Assembly: GCA_051294375.1 (NCBI GenBank)
Contig: CM119270.1
Coordinates: 2,458,473-2,477,430, forward strand
Direction of reading: 5' to 3'
Length of the DNA stretch: 18,958 bases
Source: Paraspadella gotoi
Taxonomy: Eukaryota > Animalia > Chaetognatha
Shown here one piece after another: positions 11,934 to 18,958 of the stretch; positions within the stretch are counted from its first letter, which is position 1; every line of letters begins with the position of its first letter. The position numbers and the translations under genes are program-made. The notes under the pieces are model-generated. The model made no database searches and was not told the DNA's origin. It saw only the letters and a list, made by a program, of their open reading frames with translations.

Positions 11934-12910
11934 TTCTTCATGAAAGTGAAAGATGTTGATACCTTTTTTTCAAGAAAGTGTCTCTTTTTCTCTTAGTGAA
12001 TGTAGAGTGACTTCACATATCCAGGATGGTTTCTGACCGTCCTGTTGTTATTAATCGGTTTTACCATGCTTGGCGTTGAAAACTTTACTGAGATAGCCGT
12101 TTTTTATTTCGTCGTCTGTATTCAGGAAATCAACCCTCGGATTAAGACGGAGTGTGAGACAGATGTTTTTGGGAAGTATTGATTCTTGGAGTGATGTATA
12201 TGGTGTCATAATCCAGGTTTTTGGTTTTAGCAAGGAATTTGTATAGCCCTCTATCAGTTCCCGGCTGTTATTATGAGATCACCTGCTTTTTTGTAATTTT
12301 AACTTCTTCAATCTTTTCAGAGCCTTGAAAAGCGTCGTTGAATATTACTGATAGAAGTTTTGGCCGTGAATTCTAATTTCAGTTGGGAGAATCGGATGAG
12401 GATTAAAACCAGTTCTTCGCTGACTTAATTTCTCTCTTGAGTTACCATTTGCTGGTTTATTCGTTGAGCATTTGTGTGAATCGTTTGCCAATCTTTGACG
12501 AATTCTTTAACGGACATTTAGAGCCTTCCTTTGTGTTTTGGTCTTGCTTCCAAACTTGACGCCAATTACCATATCGTATTTGATGTAATAACATTTTTAC
12601 AAACCTTCTTTACTATTCCTTGTAAGCCCCGGGGAGGAAATCACTTATCAGTTTTTTTCGGGCGTGGAAGTACTTGTAAAAAATTGTTCAGGTTTCTTAC
12701 TTTCTTCACTTATTTCGTCACATTCAGTTTGTTTTCTTTTCAGTGTTAGTAATTTTCCGGCGAGGTTGATTGACTTGATTTCTTGCCTTTGTTGGCCATT
12801 TCGATTCTTTTTCTCTGAGAAGTTGAAGGTCAGTTGATTTACGGAGAGTGTTGATCAATCTATGACTTAGATTTTTTATATACGAGTGTAAAGTTTGTAT
12901 GACTCTCATT
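11934..12910 (-). mobile_element. Probable decayed non-LTR retrotransposon ORF1-like fragment (frameshifted)
   Basis: Manual minus-strand translation across frameshifts gives EKIEEVKITKK(A)GDLIITAG...LIRG/VDFLNTDDEIKN...DGQKPSWICEVTLHSLREKETL..KGINIFHFH. This resembles my recollection of the RRM-like region of LINE ORF1 proteins. Pattern recognition only; no search was run. Confidence 0.45.
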
Positions 12911-15576
12911 GAAGATTAGATTAGATTTGTATAGCTTTTATCGCTGGGCCTCAGCCCCCATTTACCGAAAAAGACAGATTATTTTTAATGATGATTGAAA
13001 ATATTTATTTCTTATTTCCGAGGAAAGGTTGAGGAAAAAAAAATCAGAAATACGGAGCATACGTCGATCGGTTCGGGTGTCACGAGGAGAGAGATGAGAG
13101 AGAGAGAGAGACGAGAGAGAGATGGACAGAGAGGATGAGGAGGGAAAGAGAGAGAAAGAGAGAGGAGAAGAGGAGAGTGAGGAGAGAGAGAGAGAGAGCC
13201 TTAGAAAAGGTTTAAGTGAATCAGATAAATGTCGTATTAAGATCGCCAAAAATTGATTTAAATCAACATATACAGGGGTGGGACCCTGTCTGAACGATTT
13301 GAAATAAAATAATAAAATAAGTGGCAAACGTTTATTCTGTCTTTTTACATTTATATAGAATGAAACAAAATGAATTTTTAAGCAACTACAATGCGTCGTT
13401 GATGTTTTCAAAACATTTAGTCGTTTTTATGCGCGCGCATTGTATTGCATACGATAAAAGCCATACTATTTTTCGAACCGAGCAGTTGCCTTCGCTGCAT
13501 CAAAATAAGCATAATATCAAAGAATTTCAAAACAATTAATACATAGTCTAAAAGCTAAGAAAGAGTATTATACGAATATTTATTCAGATTTTAAAAATTA
13601 TTTTAGAGTAATTATTTTTTAAATTTTATCTCGATATATAGTTCCACCCTTGTAATTTGGGAATCGGGAATCAATTTTCAGCATTCAACAAATGATACGA
13701 TTTAGTATCTCGTCGTAATGAGGTGAGTGAGTTTAATGGCCGCCGCCAACTCGATCACACCAAGACCAACAGCTTCACGGTCAGCGCTGCAGCCGCCGCC
13801 GCCGACGCTGCCGCGAAAACAGATAGAAAATAACCTACTATATGGAAACATATTTTTTTTTCTTTAGTTTTTTTTTAAAGAATTATATATATATATATAT
13901 ANNNNNNNNNNNNNNNNNNNNNNNNNTAAGGCCGGGCCAAATTTGAACAACTTTTATAACTTTTAATTCTCGCAAAAACCTTTTTCCTTCTATACTAAAT
14001 CGATTTTCAATGCAAACTTTTTTATTTGAATTAGTTCATGGGGTTGTTGCCACTGGCTTTTAAAATTTATTATATATAACAAATGACAAAACTTTTTTTT
14101 TAAAAAAAAATTAAGAGTTTTTCAAGAACGGATTCCTATTTAGAGTTGAAAAAGTTAAATGAAGTTATACTTTACAATTTTTAAAAAATTTTTTACAAGA
14201 AAATGGGTCGTTCTTAGTTAAAAACAGAAAAAAAGGTATTTTTTAAAAAATCATTCTCATCAATTTATCATTGCTGAATTTTATAGTTTTTTAAAACACA
14301 TTATGATCCCACACTAAAACACAAAACAAATTTTTTTAAAAAATTTTTGTATTAATAACCTTTTATCTAACTTTTTTTTTAAAAGCCTCTATCAGAATTC
14401 CATTTAAAAAAATGGAAAAAATTCAAAAAAAATTTTTTAACTTTATTATAGTAATAAAATAATCTTTAATGCTTCCGTGCGCTTATAATTAAGATAATTT
14501 TTTAAAATTATTTTTATTTTCATATTCTCTAACAGTCACTTTATTCATTATTTATTTTGAGAGAATTTCTAGTGTTCAACCTGTTTCACGGAACAACCAG
14601 ATTATTTCAATTTTTTTTTTTTTTCCTTTCCTTCTCTTCGCTTTAATTTGTTTTCTCAATTTCCCGATTTCGTCTTCGCGTTTTCCTTTGTCTTTTTCAT
14701 GACCCCTCCTGTACTCTTTTTATTCTCTTTCTCCCTCTCCCTCTTCCTCTTTCTCCTCTCCCCCCTCTCTCTCTCTCTCTCGTTCATGATTGGCTTGACA
14801 AGGTTAACTCATTTTTCCTTGTTTCGTTTTATTGGAGTTTTTAACGTTCGGTTGAATTCAAAAGATTTTCATGTCGTCTCTCGCTCTCTCTCTTTCTATA
14901 CCCACCCCATTCCCCTCTTTTTGTTTATTTTGTTTTGAATAAAGCGTTTATCTTTCTTTCCGACAGAGGGCCGAGGAGCCATTTTAAATCCTTTACTACC
15001 TCTGAGAATCGTCTAACTTTAACATAAATCGCTTTTCGGAATCCGAAACAATCCACCATTTTCTTTTTTTTCTTTCTTTCTTTTCCTTTTTTTTTAAATT
15101 TCCGTTTTAACTTCTTCTGTCTTTTTTTTTGTTCGACGGCATTTTCTTTTTTTTGGTCGGGAGGCTGAGCTGTTAAAGTGTTGCTCTTTTAATTTTTTTT
15201 TTTACTTAAACGTGGATCGAAAACCTTTGGCCGTAAGATGGCGGGGCGGAGATTCAATTGAGGCTGAGTCAAATAATTGAACGGTGGAAAGAGAATACGG
15301 TTGATTAACGTTGATTGTGACGACGTAAAAATGGACCGTAGTTGGCTAACGAATGCCACTGCATGGGAATGACGCTGGTTCTGGCATCAATGGCGCATCA
15401 ACGATATCATCGCAATAACTCTTTTTTTTTTATGAAATGAAATCGAGGAACTGAATCCGCTCATTTTCCAAACTCTCCACTCGTCCGAACCACAATGCGG
15501 CGCCAACGTGTCCCCGTCTTTGATTGGCGCCGCGTCGCCGCAGCACCAACCGAGAGGGCGATTTAAAAAAAAGCCG

Positions 15577-15656
15577 CGGCGCCATTTAACGGAGGCGTCG
15601 CCGCTTAAACAACATCGGCGCCATTTAACCAAAGCGGCGCCGCTTTAACAACATCG
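15577..15656. repeat. 39-bp tandem duplication (two approximately 20-bp subunits) rich in GGCGCC and GCCATTTAAC
   Basis: cggcgccatttaacggaggcgtcgccgcttaaacaacat / cggcgccatttaaccaaagcggcgccgctttaacaacat, starting at 15577 and 15616. Confidence 0.85.
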
Positions 15657-16485
15657 AGGCCGGTTTAAACCTCGGACGGCGCCGGAGGATTCTCTCCCCC
15701 GGATCATCGGAAGCCACATTAGGAGCCGACGTGGAACAATTGTGGCGGCGGTGGAGGAAANNNNNNNNNNNNNNNNNNNNNNNNNNNNNNNNNNNNNNNN
15801 NNNNNNNNNNNNNNNNNNNNNNNNNNNNNNNNNNNNNNNNNNNNNNNNNNNNNNNNNNNNNNNNNNNNNNNNNNNNNNNNNNNNNNNNNNNNNNNNNNNN
15901 NNNNNNNNNNNNNNNNNNNNNNNNNNNNNNNNNNNNNNNNNNNNNNNNNNNNNNNNNNNNNNNNNNNNNNNNNNNNNNNNNNNNNNNNNNNNNNNNNNNN
16001 NNNNNNNNNNNNNNNNNNNNNNNNNNNNNNNNNNNNNNNNNNNNNNNNNNNNNNNNNNNNNNNNNNNNNNNNNNNNNNNNNNNNNNNNNNNNNNNNNNNN
16101 NNNNNNNNNNNNNNNNNNNNNNNNNNNNNNNNNNNNNNNNNNNNNNNNNNNNNNNNNNNNNNNNNNNNNNNNNNNNNNNNNNNNNNNNNNNNNNNNNNNN
16201 NNNNNNNNNNNNNNNNNNNNNNNNNNNNNNNNNNNNNATAAAGGAAGGAAGGAGGAAGAATCAGTCAAAAAAGGATCAAGGAAGATATAAAGAGAAAGAA
16301 GACGATAAAAATAAAAAAATAAAAAAGTAAAATACACATATTTAAAACAAGGAGGGATAGAAAAACTACCTATATAATTTACAATTGTCTGAAAGTAAAC
16401 AATCGACGAAACTAATTAAGGCAATAATAAATAACAAACAAACAAAAATTTAATAACAAACTATTTAAAAGAAATAAAGTCTTAC

Positions 16486-16557
16486 CGGGAATCTCTCTCG
16501 ATAGTAGGGAAAACGTGACATGATGAACTCGCAGATTCCAGACAACGTCAGTCGTTT
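16486..16557 (-). CDS. FoxD: FoxD-class forkhead gene, internal coding exon (forkhead helix 2 region), 72 nt
   Basis: Minus strand reads tttattttttacag-like acceptor (AG at 16559-16558) then AAACGACTG...TTCCCG|gtaag. It translates as [24 protein letters not shown], nearly identical to the FoxD forkhead segment I recall ([24 protein letters not shown]). Phase 0 at both ends. Not in the ORF track. Confidence 0.95.
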
Positions 16558-16847
16558 CTGTAAAAATAAAAATCAATTAGACTCGACATGACATAACATG
16601 ACGTGACATGACACGAGTGCGATCGCGGGGAGGGAACACAGTGAGCGCATACTTTCGTATATTTGTTAATTGTTGATTAAAAAGCTAACGCATTTCTATT
16701 TTATTTACTTAATTTTTTTATTCTCTTTAAAATTCGGGCAATTCCCGATCCGCAAACAATTTTCGTTGCTAAGGACGCGTCGCTATGGCAACGTCAATCG
16801 GTCGGAGTTTCGAAATTAAAAGNNNNNNNNNNNNNNNNNNNNNNNNN

Positions 16848-17140
16848 GTGACCATGACATTTTCGAGTGTCTCGATTCCGCGGGGTGATCTCTCGGGAAC
16901 ACTAGTGAGCAGCTTATCTTCCGATAATTTGCGTTTTAATTTTGTTTGATTAATTTTAAAAAGTTCTTACTTATCTTATATTCCAATACGCTTCCTCACT
17001 CCCTTCTTATCCTACCTATCTTTTCCTTACTTAATTCTCCCTTATCTTTTCTCGTATTTTATTTCCTTTTAATCTTTACAATTCATCGCTCTCCGCTCAT
17101 TTGGTAAATTTAAATTTCTTATCCGTCGGATTATGGTCAA
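16848..17140 (+). other. Insertion-rich duplicate of about 16600-16790 across a 25-N gap
   Basis: gtgaccatgacattttcgagtgtctcgattccgcggggtgatctctcgggaacactagtgagc versus gtgacatgacacgagtgcgatcgcggggagggaacacagtgagc. Confidence 0.85.
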
Positions 17141-18443
17141 TCTCTCTTTTCTTGAACGTGACTGTATCGCCGATATACGACGACCGACGACGAGACGACG
17201 ACGACGACGACTGACGTTGATACTCTGTAACCTTGAAATGTCCCGTGCTCGTCCAATAAATTTCAGAGAGCAATATTCCGCGTGTTACTATAATAATGGT
17301 ACTATGTTTCGTGCCGCTGATTACGCGCGTTATTGGTCACCTTACCGGTGAAGTACAATCGAAGTACGGTAGCGTTTTCGGCAAAGGTCTATACCGGATT
17401 CAAACCTTGGGTGGTACAGTGTAGTGGATACTGTGAGAGACGTGAGAGTCGAGATGAGAGAGTAGTCTTCATTCTCTCTCTCTCTCTCTCTCTCTTCTCT
17501 CTGCTAGGCTCTCTCTCTCTTTCGATTTTCTCTCCTCTGGAGAAGTACAGAGTTTCTCTGTTTTTAGTGTAGTCGTTTTATTGTATGATTTTTTTGTCTC
17601 TTTTCTGTTTGAGTTGAGGATATTTTTGTTTTTTTTGTGCCGAGTTGCATTGCTGAGTTATTTCCCTTAGACTGTATTTTTTTACTGTTTTGTAGTTTTT
17701 TGATTTTACTGGATTGTTTTTATTCCTTTAGCTGTGTACTGGATGAAAGTGATGATGGATGTAGTATTTTAGTTGTTTGAGTCTGGAGCTTCTGAATGTG
17801 TGACTATATTGTAGATCTGATTTTTTGATTTCTTTCTCCTCTTGGATGACCTTATTTTGAATTATATGATGGTGTGTTACATGTAATGACGCTCTCGTGT
17901 TTATTTAGTTGTCTACTCTGATCGTATTTTTCTTGCTTTTCAGCTCTGTCCGATCTTTTCATGGTGGTTCCTTTGATCGACATGATTCATTGGCGAATAT
18001 GATACACGAGATGAAGCGAAGAGGAGAGAATGCTGATTTTGATGGGCGGGAGTAGGGCCATTAGTGATGATAGGAGGAGAGAATTTTCGCCCGAGTGTCC
18101 GTTCGTGAGAAGCCCAGAAGACCGAAAAATTGATTTTGAGATAGAGCCGAATCCGATGCTGAGTACCGAATTACATTAGAGAATATAATAGGAAGATGAA
18201 ATGTGTAGGAGAAAACGCGATGATACAGGGCTTCGTGAGAGAGAGATCGGAGAGATGGTGTGGGAGATTAGGGAAGAGCCGGAGAGTTGAGAAATGAGAG
18301 ATGATGAATTGAGAGATCTTTGATGTGAAGACGGAGAGAGAGAGATTGACACGTGATATCGCTGCGCGTCTCTTCTTTTCACCGGAAGTAAACTGCGTTT
18401 GCGTCATTCGGTTGCCATTAGCGACGCTACTTAATTACATCAA

Positions 18444-18485
<42 letters not shown>
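18444..18485. repeat. (GTC)n microsatellite
   Basis: Directly visible. Confidence 0.95.
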
Positions 18486-18527
18486 ATCGGGGATCGTCAC
18501 TTTCAAAAAGAAATGATATCCGTGACA

Positions 18528-18900
18528 TTAACTCATTCGCGACGATGAATGTGATAAGGAAAAGATAAGGAAAGGAAAAGATAAGGAAATGAAAAGACTT
18601 AAACCGACTTTCAACTGTATGAAATCCATACAGCTAATATTAAAATCAAGTGCTCTGCCAGAATCTCTGGGAGTGAAAAAACGAAACTGTGAGACAGTCT
18701 TGATTGAAAGCGTGCAGGGACCTGCTATGTCATTATCTTATAAGAGTGATGGAGGTCTTAAACCAAAGCCTCTCCAAAGTCAAGGGCAAGATAGCTCATT
18801 TATTAAATGAATGGATAATTTATATATTGGTTTTACCAATTTCATAAATTATCCATTTGTTTGATAAAGCTATCTCGCCTCCCTGACATATTTAATCCTT
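18528..18900 (+). mobile_element. Dispersed repeat with internal palindrome; possible piggyBac-like left end (TTAA|CTCATTCGCGAC)
   Basis: Homologous to 2768-3045 in inverted orientation. Starts with TTAA followed by a CTCATT terminus. An imperfect palindrome is centred near 18832. No matching right TIR is seen, so the family assignment is tentative. Confidence 0.55.
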
Positions 18901-18958
18901 GATTCACATCAACTCACCTTCGACTCTCACGATTAACTTACTTCATTCCACCCCCCCC

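Noticed and set aside
17346-17430. Possible upstream FoxD exon (ctctcacag|...CCG|gtaag, 85 nt, minus strand)
   Set aside because: The frame needed to join exon 16557 contains a TGA and does not encode KPPYSYIAL. At most a non-coding or cryptic exon.
17226-18175. Solo-LTR candidates TGTAAC...GTTACA (17226-17881) and TGTAAT...ATTACA (17882-18175)
   Set aside because: No perfect target-site duplication (TTACA/TTAGA at best), the 6-bp termini can arise by chance, and local sequence quality is doubtful.

Overview
This is animal (metazoan) genomic DNA from a gapped draft assembly: AT-rich, rich in microsatellites, with 8 N-gaps. It is not prokaryotic. The window holds most of an intron-rich FoxD-class forkhead transcription factor gene on the minus strand. 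Four coding exons with canonical AG/GT boundaries are readable at 16557-16486, 3916-3798, 3403-3142 and 2677-1596. The ORF track misses both forkhead-domain exons. The last exon carries an eh1 (Groucho/TLE-binding) motif. The exon for the recognition helix (expected [16 protein letters not shown]...) and the N-terminal exon(s) are not readable. About 8.5-11.9 kb looks like a garbled, insertion-rich copy of about 16.3-18.95 kb, and 16848-17140 is a similar copy of about 16600-16790. Both abut exactly 25-N gaps, which points to long-read gap-filling artefacts, so the apparent 12.6-kb intron is unreliable. Also present: a 32-bp minisatellite made from a splice donor, a dispersed repeat in two inverted copies, a probable decayed LINE ORF1, and a YY1/Pho-like motif cluster. 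I found no convincing novel multi-gene system; the interest lies in gene structure, repeats and assembly problems.
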